The notes under the pieces were generated by a model. The model had not been told where the DNA came from and did no database searches. It was given only the letters and a program-made list of their open reading frames with translations. A DNA stretch of 64,000 bases from an uncultured Acidobacteriota bacterium (GTDB lineage Bacteria > Acidobacteriota > Blastocatellia > RBC074): NCBI GenBank assembly GCA_963796275.1, contig CAWCKY010000001.1, forward strand, positions 832,001 through 896,000, read 5' to 3'. Position 1 is the stretch's first letter; each line of letters starts with the position of its first letter. The position numbers and the translations under genes are program-made. Below are positions 52,600 to 64,000 of the stretch, in pieces.

Positions 52600-55278
52600 A
52601 TGAAGATGATTCAAACAGCTCAGAATCGGCATTTATCAATGCAGATCCTTGTCATACTATTACTTATCATCCTGCAACCGGGGAGACAGATGGTAGCTAA
52701 TGGCGAGATAAAAGACGATGACCTTCTGGCTGAAGGCGTATCGCGCGGCTTGGCCTTACATCGCTTGGCGCAAATCCAGGATTTGCGCTACCAATTGAGT
52801 TTCGAGATCGTTCCAGGCGCCTCGCGCATCAAGGGCAGTGAAGAGATAAGATTGAAAATCGCCAAGGCCTCGGTTCCCGTTATCCTCGATTTCCGCGACA
52901 TCGATCCAACCGGAAAAGTCATAGAAGGCGCGATCAACGGTCTGAAGATCAACGATCGCGACGTTGACGATCATCGCCAAGTAAACGGTCATATCGTCCT
53001 GCCTGCGCAATATTTCAAACGAGGAGAGAATCGCATCTCGCTCAAATTCGAAACCGGCGTGGCTCCGGCCGGTCGACCTATCATTCGCTATTCCGATCAG
53101 GAAGACGGCAGTGAATACCTCTACACTTTGTTTGTGCCGATGGACGCAAGCCTCGCGTTCCCGTGTTTCGATCAGCCCGACTTGAAGGGACGCTTTTCGC
53201 TCGACCTGCTCGCCCCCGAAGGCTGGACCGTCGTTTCCAACGCCAAACCCGAGAGCGCCATCGCTCAGAATTATCCCGGACAAAATCAGACGCGGTTCAA
53301 AGAGACGGAGCCGATCAGCACTTATCTTTTTTCTTTCGCCGCCGGACCGTTCAAAGAGATCGTGGGGAAAGGCGCTCCTGTTCCGCTGCGGCTCTTGGTG
53401 AGGCAATCGAAACTTAAACGAGCTCAGGAAGAATGGCCCGAAGTGATGCAGTTAACTCGAGACGGAATGAAACACCTCATCGATTTTTTCGGATATCGAT
53501 TTCCCTTCGTAAAATACGACCAGGTGCTCATCCCGGGCTTCGCCTATGGCGGGATGGAACACGCGGGATCGACGTTCCTGCGTGAAGATTCGATCCTCTT
53601 TCGCACAACGCCCAACCGGAGCGACAGACTTGCGCGCGCGTCTCTGGTCCTTCACGAACTGGCGCATCAATGGTTCGGTGATCTTGTCACGATGCGCTGG
53701 TTTGACGATTTGTGGCTTAAGGAAGGATTCGCGAACTATATGGCCTCGCACGCGATGGCCGCGATCTACGACAGCGAGGAAATCTGGAAGCGATTCTATC
53801 AAACGCACAAACCGCTTGCCTATGGCATCGACGCGACGAAAGGGACGACGCCGATATACCAGGATGTAAGCAACCTGAAAGATGCCAAGTCGGCTTACGG
53901 AGCGATCGTTTATCAGAAGGCCCCGAGCCTTCTGCGCGCCCTTTCTTTTCTGATCGGAGAAGAGAAATTCCGCGATGGAGTGAGACTCTTCCTGAAAGAA
54001 CACTATTACGCCAACGCCGAGTGGAGCGATCTGATCGGCTCTTTCGAGAGAACGTCGAACCGGAAACTGAAGGCATGGGCGGATGCCTGGGTTAAGCAGC
54101 GCGGGATGCCGCAGGTCGATGTCGATTGGAACTGCAATCCCGCGGGTAGAATCGATAAGTTGAAACTGAAGCAGAGAGATGTATTGGATGAAGGCGGATT
54201 ATGGCCGATCAAAACTCGCTTGCTTTTAGCTTACGACGATGCGCCGTCCGAGAGGATTACCGTCCAGCTGGAAGGCGCTCAAGGAGATATCCGCGAAGCC
54301 GCCGGCAGGAAGTGCCCGGCCTATATTTTCGCGAATGACGGCGATTTCGGCTACGGGCGCTTTATGCTGGATGAACGGAGCCGCAAAGCGCTTCCCATGC
54401 GCATAGGTAAAGTCAAAGACGCATTTCATCGAACGATGCTTTGGGGAACATTATGGGACGCGGTGCGCGAAGCCGAGATGAGCCCCGCGGCTTATCTCTC
54501 GCTGGCGCTCAACTCGCTTACCGCTGAAACGGACGAACAACTGACCGAGAGTCTCCTCGAACGCGTCGCTCGCGTATTTCAACGATACCTCTCGGACGAC
54601 CAGAAAGCGTTGTTCGCCGAAAAGATAGAGTCACTGTGTTATGACCGGATGATGAATGCGCGAGGGCTGTCGATCACCTATTTCCGCGCGTACCGCACAC
54701 TTGCTACGACATCAACGGGGCGCGAGCGGCTGAAGCAGATACTGGCAGGCAAGCTGGCGATTCCCGGAGTAGAGATAAAACAGCACGACCGGTGGCGGAT
54801 CGTGACGACGTTGCTCGCACTCGGAGATGCCGAATCCGAACTTCTCCTCGAATCCGAGCGCGTTCGCGATATAGGCGATGACAGCCGTAAGCAGGCTTAC
54901 GTTGTTGAGGGCGCGCGCGGCGATGCTCCGACCAAACTGCGATATTTCGATGATTATGCGAAGAATCGGGCCATCCCTGAAGATTGGATCGAAGGAAGCC
55001 TGGGTCCATTCAATTCTTTCAATCAATCGCAACTTACCCTGCCTTACCTCAGGCCCGCGCTGGAGGCTCTTCCGCGGATCAAACGCGAACGTAAAATTTT
55101 CTTCGTGCTCGCCTGGTTGAATGCATTTATCGGAGGTCAACAGAGCGGGGAGGCATTGAATGTGGTGCGCGAATTTAAGAGGACGAATAAGATAGACCGC
55201 GATCTTGAGCTGAAAGTATTGGAGGTGATGGATGAACTGGAGCGGACGGTGCGGATTAGAAATAAGTTTAGCGAGTAG
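52600..55278 (+). CDS. pepN: M1-family aminopeptidase N
   Basis: FPCFDQPDLK, PISTYL, GGMEH, HELAHQWFG..LWLKEGFA and VYQK. Confidence 0.92.
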   Translation: MKMIQTAQNRHLSMQILVILLLIILQPGRQMVANGEIKDDDLLAEGVSRGLALHRLAQIQDLRYQLSFEIVPGASRIKGSEEIRLKIAKASVPVILDFRDIDPTGKVIEGAINGLKINDRDVDDHRQVNGHIVLPAQYFKRGENRISLKFETGVAPAGRPIIRYSDQEDGSEYLYTLFVPMDASLAFPCFDQPDLKGRFSLDLLAPEGWTVVSNAKPESAIAQNYPGQNQTRFKETEPISTYLFSFAAGPFKEIVGKGAPVPLRLLVRQSKLKRAQEEWPEVMQLTRDGMKHLIDFFGYRFPFVKYDQVLIPGFAYGGMEHAGSTFLREDSILFRTTPNRSDRLARASLVLHELAHQWFGDLVTMRWFDDLWLKEGFANYMASHAMAAIYDSEEIWKRFYQTHKPLAYGIDATKGTTPIYQDVSNLKDAKSAYGAIVYQKAPSLLRALSFLIGEEKFRDGVRLFLKEHYYANAEWSDLIGSFERTSNRKLKAWADAWVKQRGMPQVDVDWNCNPAGRIDKLKLKQRDVLDEGGLWPIKTRLLLAYDDAPSERITVQLEGAQGDIREAAGRKCPAYIFANDGDFGYGRFMLDERSRKALPMRIGKVKDAFHRTMLWGTLWDAVREAEMSPAAYLSLALNSLTAETDEQLTESLLERVARVFQRYLSDDQKALFAEKIESLCYDRMMNARGLSITYFRAYRTLATTSTGRERLKQILAGKLAIPGVEIKQHDRWRIVTTLLALGDAESELLLESERVRDIGDDSRKQAYVVEGARGDAPTKLRYFDDYAKNRAIPEDWIEGSLGPFNSFNQSQLTLPYLRPALEALPRIKRERKIFFVLAWLNAFIGGQQSGEALNVVREFKRTNKIDRDLELKVLEVMDELERTVRIRNKFSE

Positions 55279-55279
55279 C

Positions 55280-55501
55280 CCCTGGCATTTATCATTTTAA
55301 AATTGTCATTTTAGATTTGTCATTTCGTTGCCCGTTAGGCGAGTGAGTGACAAATGTAAGATGTAAAATGACAGCGGATGGTGCGTATCCCTGGCATTTA
55401 TCATTTTACAATTATCATTTTAGATTTGTGATCTCTTTCCCCGTTAGGCGAGTGAGTGACAAATGTAAGATGTAAAATGACAAATGAACAATGATAAATG
55501 C
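55280..55501. repeat. Tandem 94-bp duplication of a heptamer-hairpin element
   Basis: 55280-55373 and 55389-55482 are near-identical (CCCTGGCATTTATCATTT..CCCGTTAGGCGAGTGAGTGACAAATGTAAGATGTAAAATGACA). The arms are complementary heptamers. Confidence 0.85.
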
Positions 55502-58219
55502 TCAGCCCCACTCGGCGAGCTGTTTCCGCACCAATTCGGCAGAAGGGTCTTCGGCGGCCTCGAACAATTCCAGAGCCGTCCGGGCTTGAGCGACGGCTTG
55601 TCTGCGGTCGCCGTATTTGTCGAGCGCAAGCGCGAGCTGATAGAGCGATTTTGATTGCCCGCGAATGTCCCCTATCTCGGTGGTGATGCCGAAGGCCTGC
55701 TGCAGCAGTTCGATCGCGCGTTTGGCATTCCCCCTCACGATATAGGCTTCACCCAGACTCAGCTGAGCCAGGCTTTTTCCGCGCCGGTCGCCGGTTTCTG
55801 TCGCCAGGTTCAGTTGCTGTTCGAAGTACTGGAGCGCAACGTCAACGTTTCCCCTGAGATAATAGTGAATACCGAGCCCACCCAGGGCATTCGTCTCGTT
55901 GTGCCGGTCGCCGATCTCGCGCGCCACCGCCAATGCCTGTTCGTGGAATGCGACCGCCTGCTTATTATTGTTCAGGCTTGCATATGCGCTGCCCATTTGA
56001 CAAAGCGCGCTCAGCTCCCCGCGCCGGTCGCCTATATCGCGCGAAATTGTCAGCTGAAGATTGAGCAGGGAAATCGCTCCTCCCGCATTGCCGAGAGCGT
56101 TGTGGACCATTCCGAGACCGCCCAACGCGACGCTTTCATTCCGGCGGTCGCCCGTTTCACGCGCGATGATCAGTTGCTGATCGAAGAGCGCCGTCGCCTT
56201 CTCCGGCTCGCCTTTAGCATAGTGTGTCAACGCAAGATTGCCGAGAGCGATCGCCTCGGCCCGCTGGTCCTTGATGCTCCGCCCGATTTCGAGAGCGGAG
56301 AGGTGGAATTCACGGGCCTGGGTGAATCGGCCGCTCAGGTAGTTGGCCATTCCGAGTCCGCTCAATGCATCCGCTTCGCCGCGATGGTCAGCGATATCGC
56401 GAGCCAGATCGAGCGCCTGGTCATAACAATCGATGGCATTGCTCGCTTCACTCAGATCGATAAATGAATCGCCGAGCGCGATCAGATGCCTCCCCATAGC
56501 CTTACGCCGCTGCAATGTTTTCGCAGCATTCAGCGCTGCCTCGCTCCAGCGAATACGCTCGCGCGGATGTTGCCGCAGACCTCGGACATATCTCCCCGCG
56601 ACCGGGTAGGTGGATGACAGCTCGCAGGCAGCCCGGTTCTGGTCGGCATTTGCAACTGCCCAAGACTGCCCGGCCTGGATGTTCTGCCACTCCAAATCGA
56701 GCAGCATCAGCCCCTGCTTTAGGGCCTGACCGCCCTGTTCGTAAAGCGCTTCGGCCTCGTGCAGCACGCTCTGGTAATGAGCTGCGTGCAGGTATGTGGC
56801 GACCCCTCGCTCCTCAACGGTCAGATTTTGGCCGGTGAATTGAAGCATCATATCGTGCAGACGGAACCGCCCGGTCGTCCGGTTACGATCGACCAGACTA
56901 TAAAACATCAGGTAATCGAGCGCATCTGCCGCGCGCCCCGGATTGATCCTCCATATAGATGCGGCGGCATTGATATCGAATGAGTCGGGAAAGATCGACA
57001 GCAAACGCCAGAGCCTTTGCAATCCGGCATCGAGCATCTGATAAGTCGCTTGCAGGACCGTATCGATCGGTCCGGCCGGGTTTTCGCTATCCTCCAGTAT
57101 CTCCAACCTCCGGATATAATTATCGAAACTCATCTCCGGATGCAGCGTTAATGTGTTGGCTGCGACTCGCAATGCCAGCGGCAACCGTCCGCAGAGTTCC
57201 GCTATCCGCTCGCCGTATTCGCCGACGCGAGGAACGATGCGATTGAGCAATTCCCGCGCTTCTGCACCCGGCAGTCCGTTCAACTGGTTGCTAAACATCG
57301 ACGGTAGTTCGATCTTCTGGCGCGATGTGACGATCGACAGACAACCGGCCGGCGGCAGGAGCGGCGCGACTTGATCGGCGTCAGCGGCGTTGTCGAAGAG
57401 CAGAATAGCCCATTTCCCCTCGAACACTCGCTGGTACATATGCCCGAGCTCGCGCTCGTCCTCGGGCATCCTCGCCATCGGCATAAACGCTCGTATGATC
57501 TGAGAGAGAGCTTCGGACACCCGTAGCGGTTGATCGCTCGCCCCCTTTAAATCGATGTAAATTTGAGCGTCGGGATAGTGCTCCGCGAGCTGGTGCGCGA
57601 GTTTTACGGCCAGCGTCGTTTTGCCGACTCCGCCAGCACCTCGTATTCCCAGAATTTTGTTGCTGTGGTTTCGCTGCGCGGCGGCCAACTCCTCCAATTC
57701 GACGACGCGACCGGTGAATTCCGGCAAAGGCGGCGGGAGTTGCGAAACAGGCGGTTTAGCTGCAGCCGGATTCGCAAATATGTCTTCCGAAATGTGCGGC
57801 TCGTCCGCTGGTAGCCCGTTGTGATTTTCGTTCGATGCACCGTTTGTGATTGGCCCGTCGATCGCGGGCGCGACCTTGCGCTGCTCTTCGACAGTCTCAT
57901 CGACCTCGGCTGGCTGATCCGCGATCGCATCACTCCTGGCTTTGCGCTCCTGCAAGAAGTCTTTCCAACCCTCATCCGCGAACCATATCTTGGGCTGCTG
58001 GCGAATCTTCAATAATTCGCGTCTTCTTTCATAAAGCCAGATTGTCGCAATCGACATTATCACGACGAACATAAGTACTGATGCCAGCTTTACAACAGTA
58101 TGTGCGATCTCGATATCCACTCCCGGTAATCCGATGACAGGCAATAGCCATCTGGCCACGATCAACAACCCTAAGCTCGTAGCAATGGTAACCAGAATTG
58201 AATCGATCAACCTTCTCAT
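55502..58219 (-). CDS. 2TM + NB-ARC (STAND ATPase) + TPR protein
   Basis: Two N-terminal TM helices, QLPP..FTGR, GAGGVGKT, LLFDNA, IVTSR, CGRLPLAL, RLHD and roughly 8-9 GDRRGE-type TPRs. Confidence 0.9.
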   Translation of the reverse strand: MRRLIDSILVTIATSLGLLIVARWLLPVIGLPGVDIEIAHTVVKLASVLMFVVIMSIATIWLYERRRELLKIRQQPKIWFADEGWKDFLQERKARSDAIADQPAEVDETVEEQRKVAPAIDGPITNGASNENHNGLPADEPHISEDIFANPAAAKPPVSQLPPPLPEFTGRVVELEELAAAQRNHSNKILGIRGAGGVGKTTLAVKLAHQLAEHYPDAQIYIDLKGASDQPLRVSEALSQIIRAFMPMARMPEDERELGHMYQRVFEGKWAILLFDNAADADQVAPLLPPAGCLSIVTSRQKIELPSMFSNQLNGLPGAEARELLNRIVPRVGEYGERIAELCGRLPLALRVAANTLTLHPEMSFDNYIRRLEILEDSENPAGPIDTVLQATYQMLDAGLQRLWRLLSIFPDSFDINAAASIWRINPGRAADALDYLMFYSLVDRNRTTGRFRLHDMMLQFTGQNLTVEERGVATYLHAAHYQSVLHEAEALYEQGGQALKQGLMLLDLEWQNIQAGQSWAVANADQNRAACELSSTYPVAGRYVRGLRQHPRERIRWSEAALNAAKTLQRRKAMGRHLIALGDSFIDLSEASNAIDCYDQALDLARDIADHRGEADALSGLGMANYLSGRFTQAREFHLSALEIGRSIKDQRAEAIALGNLALTHYAKGEPEKATALFDQQLIIARETGDRRNESVALGGLGMVHNALGNAGGAISLLNLQLTISRDIGDRRGELSALCQMGSAYASLNNNKQAVAFHEQALAVAREIGDRHNETNALGGLGIHYYLRGNVDVALQYFEQQLNLATETGDRRGKSLAQLSLGEAYIVRGNAKRAIELLQQAFGITTEIGDIRGQSKSLYQLALALDKYGDRRQAVAQARTALELFEAAEDPSAELVRKQLAEWG

Positions 58220-58586
58220 ATTCGCTGACCCTTTGGCTGGTCGTCAGCATAGCGAGACCTGTCGCAGGGGCATCGTCGCCACAATGAAAGTTAAATTTCT
58301 ACGAATGTACTCGAGACACTAACTGAACGTTCGAGGACAATGACCATTTTTGGAATAACGTACGGGAGCGAGGTCGACCCCAATGTTAAGACTTTTACGA
58401 TCTTGAATCAAGGACTATTGATTGGGGAACGCGGGATACCGTTTGGGCGATTTGCGCTTGATCGGGGGTTCTTATGCTAAGGCCAATAGAATCAATGATT
58501 TTTTACGCTGTCGCTAGAGTAATACACAGAGTTAAGGCAGGGCGGAGTGGGAGTCGTGCGATGGCAACTGCGCAATCAGCCCGTCG

Positions 58587-59756
58587 CTACTCTTTCTTCG
58601 CACTCTTTGGCGATTTCGACCCGCCCGTATCTTTGGCGGACTTTGCGCTTTTGCCGCCGGACTTTTCGCCCGACGTTTTGCGCGGGCGTCTGGGTTTGAT
58701 CGGTTCTGTGATCGAATCGATAACCTCCGAGAGGACATTGGAAGCTTTTTGAGCCATCTCGCCGACGCCGGCGACGATGTCCTGCGCGAGTTCGCCTGCT
58801 GATGACGGCAGGCCGTGCGTATGTTCCTGGTTGAGCCATTTGTTCCACCGGTGATAGCGCTGGGTCGGCATCGCATTCTTCGCGTAATCGACGAGCATTC
58901 CCGCGACCATCCCGGTAAGCCAATTGAAATTTTGTTCCGTGATCGACCAGAGATCGGCATCCGGCGCCGGATTTGTCACGTCAATCGCGTACGCAACGCC
59001 ATCTTTGATTGCGAAATCGACAGCGTTGAGATCGTAGCCGAGAGCCTCGTTTATGAGGAGGGTATCGCGCACGATCCGGTCCTCTATGAAAGACCCGAGC
59101 GGATGTTCCGATCTCAACAGGTAGCGGCGGTTTGCTGGGTCGTAAGGCATCACGAGGACGTGTTTTCTGGCAACGCAGTAGCAGCGCACGTACTGGTCGA
59201 AGTCGATGTACTGTTGTAGGACCATCGCGAGCGCTCCCGTATTGTCATAAGATGACCAGAGGTCATCCAGGGAATTGATATGGTAGACGTCGTTCCATCC
59301 TCCGCCATCGCGCGGTTTCAGAATGGCGGGCAGCCCAACGTATTCGATGATCCCTTCCCAGTGCAGAGGAAATTCCAGGTTGCGCAGCGAAGATTCAGTA
59401 ATGCCGGGTTTATAACTTTTCTGAGGTAGAAGGACGGTCCTCGGCACGGTCAGTCCCAGTTTGGCCGCCAGTGAATATCCGAAGAACTTATCGTCGGCCG
59501 AAGACCAGAATGGATTGTTGACGACAATGCAGCCGTTTAGGACGGCATTCTTGAGATATGAACGGTAAAATGGTATTTCGTGGGAGACGCGGTCGAAGAT
59601 CAATCGATATCCGTCGGACCCAACCATTTTGATGCCGCCTATCCTGACATACTCCGCCGTAACTCCTTCATTCATTCCGTTGATCTTCTCGATCAAGGCC
59701 GGTGGAAAAGTGTTTTCCGCTCCGGTGAGCATTCCTATTTTCATCTTCGACTCCAT
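58587..59756 (-). CDS. ATP-grasp ligase (RimK/glutathione-synthetase-like) with Lys-rich tail
   Basis: DRVSHEIPFYR, VNNPFW, ILKP.DGGGW, LQQYI and AID.TNPAPDAD. Confidence 0.8.
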   Translation of the reverse strand: MESKMKIGMLTGAENTFPPALIEKINGMNEGVTAEYVRIGGIKMVGSDGYRLIFDRVSHEIPFYRSYLKNAVLNGCIVVNNPFWSSADDKFFGYSLAAKLGLTVPRTVLLPQKSYKPGITESSLRNLEFPLHWEGIIEYVGLPAILKPRDGGGWNDVYHINSLDDLWSSYDNTGALAMVLQQYIDFDQYVRCYCVARKHVLVMPYDPANRRYLLRSEHPLGSFIEDRIVRDTLLINEALGYDLNAVDFAIKDGVAYAIDVTNPAPDADLWSITEQNFNWLTGMVAGMLVDYAKNAMPTQRYHRWNKWLNQEHTHGLPSSAGELAQDIVAGVGEMAQKASNVLSEVIDSITEPIKPRRPRKTSGEKSGGKSAKSAKDTGGSKSPKSAKKE

Positions 59757-59861
59757 TCTCAACCAGTCCGATAGGACTGGCGATAGACGGGTGGACTGGG
59801 TTATGATTTCCTCTGATTAAACAATGGAGTTTAGTTTTAGCTCTGGAAGGTGTCAACTCAA

Positions 59862-60695
59862 ATGGTTCTGAAGAAGTATCCCTCTAGTAAGCACCGTATT
59901 TTCTTGATGGCGAATATTATCCTTTTCTCTCTGGTGGTCTTCGGCATCGTCGGTGGTACGGTCACAGCCCAGAAAACTCCCAAGCCGGAAGATATTGTCG
60001 AAAAAGCGATTTTGGCGCATGGCAGTCGGGCCGCGATCTATGCGATTCAACGCACGGGCAGGGTGGGCGCTCTCGTCAAATTCCATACGCCCGAAGGCAC
60101 GCGCGAAGGCAAGTCGGTTCTTAAGTTCCTACGCAAGCAGAAACTTAAGGAAGACCTGATGATGATCGAACTGAATATGCCCGAAACTAAATATATGATC
60201 GGCTTCGACGGAACTCAGACATGGAGCATTTACAACGGGGAAGCACAAAAACCCGGACCGGATGAAGTAAACGCCTTTCATTCCGCGCACGAACATAGCT
60301 ACGAGGCTATCCTCAGGTATAGGGAGAGCGATTCCAAACTGGAGTATGTCGGAAATAAAAATCTCGGGACTTTGATTGTGGATATTATCGATCTGGTTTC
60401 TCCCGAAGGCGTCCGCACGCGCTATGAGATAAGCCGGCGCACCTTTCATATTCTCTATCTTGATTACTCTGATCAACCGGATCCTAATACCGAACCGGTA
60501 AATTATCGACTCAACTTCCGAGATTTTAGGAATGTTCAGAACACGCGTATCCCCTATGAGACGCTCGTTTTTAAGAATGGGAAACTGGTGGAAGAACGAA
60601 GGATAGTAGAAGCCGTCTACAATGTTAAGCTTGATGAAACTGCCTTCAAACAGGAGAACGCAAATAAGCCCATCGAATCTGTGCCCGGGATGTAG
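59862..60695 (+). CDS. Secreted protein, LolA-like fold suspected
   Basis: Signal peptide, IVEKAI.AHG, GFDG..TW, F.DFR.V...IP and YNVKLDET.F. Confidence 0.7.
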   Translation: MVLKKYPSSKHRIFLMANIILFSLVVFGIVGGTVTAQKTPKPEDIVEKAILAHGSRAAIYAIQRTGRVGALVKFHTPEGTREGKSVLKFLRKQKLKEDLMMIELNMPETKYMIGFDGTQTWSIYNGEAQKPGPDEVNAFHSAHEHSYEAILRYRESDSKLEYVGNKNLGTLIVDIIDLVSPEGVRTRYEISRRTFHILYLDYSDQPDPNTEPVNYRLNFRDFRNVQNTRIPYETLVFKNGKLVEERRIVEAVYNVKLDETAFKQENANKPIESVPGM

Positions 60696-60833
60696 CAGAT
60701 TGCCCCACTTTTGACAGCTTTCTCAGCATGGGTGTAGCATGGCTGGTCAGTGAGCTTTCGGATAAAGCATTGCTCAGTTTCAATCTGAAATTAAGGTGTG
60801 CTCTGCGAGTATTCGTATTCGCCCGGTTGAAAT

Positions 60834-62682
<1,849 letters not shown>

Positions 62683-62794
62683 GGAGAGTAGCAGGCAGTA
62701 CGCAGTAGGCTGCAGACGGCAGGCGGTTCGTTTAATTCGAAATCTCAGTTAAACGGACGGTCGGTCGGCTGTTGTCTGCTGCCTATTAATTTTT

Positions 62795-64000
62795 ATGGCT
62801 GAAGAACCGAAACAATCAGTCCTCGTGGTCGATGATCACGAATCAGTGCGGAAGCAGCTCTACTGGGCGCTCGAGGAGCGGTATAAAGTGCTGGAGGCAT
62901 CATCGCGCGTCCAGGCTTTGGCATTGATCAATCAGGAAGAGGTAGTGGTGGTGCTCTCCGATCTGCGGCTGCCTCCGGCCGAGCACGACATCACTGAAGG
63001 TCTGGCCATTCTCGAATCGGTCCGGAAGATAAATCCGATCCTTCCGGTCATCGTGATCACCGGCGACGAAGATCGCGAGACGGCGCTCAAAGTAGTTCAG
63101 CGCGGCGCCTATGACCTCTTTTACAAGCCATTCAATATCGAAGAGGTCGAGATCATCGTCCGCCGTGCAGTGCAGCATTACCGCCTGGAAAAGGACAACC
63201 TTCTGCTGCGCAATGAATTGAGGCGTACCGTAGGATGGCAGGAAGGGATAGTCGGGTCGAGCCCGACGCTGCGACGCGTCATCGATCAGGCGCGCGCGGT
63301 AGCCGAGACCACCGCGACCGTGCTGATAACCGGCGAATCCGGTACCGGCAAAGAGATGCTTGCGCGGTTCATTCACAAGATCAGTTCGCGCGCCCGCGCC
63401 CCTTTCATCGCGTGCAATGTCGCCGCGCTTCCCGAAACTCTCGTCGAATCGGAATTGTTCGGTCATGAGAAGGGCGCGTTCACCGGCGCTGCCACGAGAA
63501 GGGAAGGGAAATTCGAAGTCGCCGATACGGGGACGCTCTTTTTGGACGAGATCGGCGAACTCTCGCCGGCGGTCCAGGTCAAGCTCCTGCGTGTTTTACA
63601 GGAGCGGCAATTCGAGCGTCTGGGCGGCAAACAGCCGCTCACCGTTGACATCCGCATTATCGCCGCGACCAACCGCAATCTCGAAGAGATGGTGGAGGCG
63701 GGTCAGTTTCGCGCCGATCTGTATTACCGGCTCAACGTCATCAACCTGGAGCTGCCCCCGTTGCGCGATCGTCCCGATGACATCCCCATACTCGCCACGC
63801 ATTTTGCCGCTAAAGCTTCGGCGAAGCACGGAAAGCCCTCGCCGACCTTCACTCCGGTATTTCTCAACCGCCTCTCGGCCTATCGTTGGCCGGGCAATAT
63901 ACGCGAACTCGAGAATGTCATCGAGCGCGCAGTCGTGATCAGCGGCGCCTCGGTGCTCGATGACACATTGTTGCCGGATAAAGTGGTGGCCCACGCGGCT
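62795..64000 (+). CDS. Sigma54-dependent response regulator (PrsR/NtrC-like), runs off the window edge
   Basis: Not in the ORF track. MAEEPKQSVLVVDDH..KQLYWAL..SDLRLPP..EGL, GESGTGKE, ESELFGHEKGAFTGA, FLDEIGE and WPGNIREL. Confidence 0.92.
   Translation, partial: MAEEPKQSVLVVDDHESVRKQLYWALEERYKVLEASSRVQALALINQEEVVVVLSDLRLPPAEHDITEGLAILESVRKINPILPVIVITGDEDRETALKVVQRGAYDLFYKPFNIEEVEIIVRRAVQHYRLEKDNLLLRNELRRTVGWQEGIVGSSPTLRRVIDQARAVAETTATVLITGESGTGKEMLARFIHKISSRARAPFIACNVAALPETLVESELFGHEKGAFTGAATRREGKFEVADTGTLFLDEIGELSPAVQVKLLRVLQERQFERLGGKQPLTVDIRIIAATNRNLEEMVEAGQFRADLYYRLNVINLELPPLRDRPDDIPILATHFAAKASAKHGKPSPTFTPVFLNRLSAYRWPGNIRELENVIERAVVISGASVLDDTLLPDKVVAHAA

Noticed and set aside
55280-55482. 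Possible mini CRISPR array
   Set aside because: Only two 94-bp units with a 15-bp gap, built from heptamers, and no cas genes.
58220-59756. Graspetide RiPP cluster, or an amyloid-signalling partner for the NLR-like gene
   Set aside because: No precursor ORF with repeated core motifs, and no shared G/N/Q-rich motif between the neighbour's C-terminus and the NLR N-terminus.

Overview
A gene-dense chromosomal window from a Gram-negative bacterium, most likely Acidobacteriota (Blastocatellia-like). This is inferred from acidobacterial VWA proteins, an Oar-type TonB-dependent receptor, futalosine menaquinone genes and many Tat-tagged enzymes. Housekeeping genes (mazG, xerC, lpxK, waaA, efp, ymdB, dprA, larB, ubiX-mqnP-mqnE-mqnD, aguA/aguB, pepN) and two RNA genes not shown in the ORF track (tRNA-Sec, 6S RNA) alternate with accessory blocks. 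There is no CRISPR array, prophage or intact transposase. Main observations: (1) an uncharacterised 2x[4Fe-4S] protein and a Cys/His-rich partner head a six-gene, largely exported catabolic-looking cluster; (2) an NpmA/KamB-type 16S rRNA m1A1408 aminoglycoside-resistance methyltransferase has two in-frame stops in its N-terminus; (3) a 2TM-NB-ARC-TPR NLR-like protein; (4) a family of TACT-ended miniature elements, one with a 5-bp target duplication, plus REP-like and heptamer-hairpin repeats, one of which gives two convergent unrelated proteins the same LINREK segment; (5) a ROK pseudokinase, an EF-P with Asn at the loop tip, split CHAD halves and a sensor-swapped PrsK/PrsR-like pair. Three apparent small indels suggest residual sequencing error, so disrupted genes need read-level checking. 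Family calls come from motif recognition by eye; no database searches were run.
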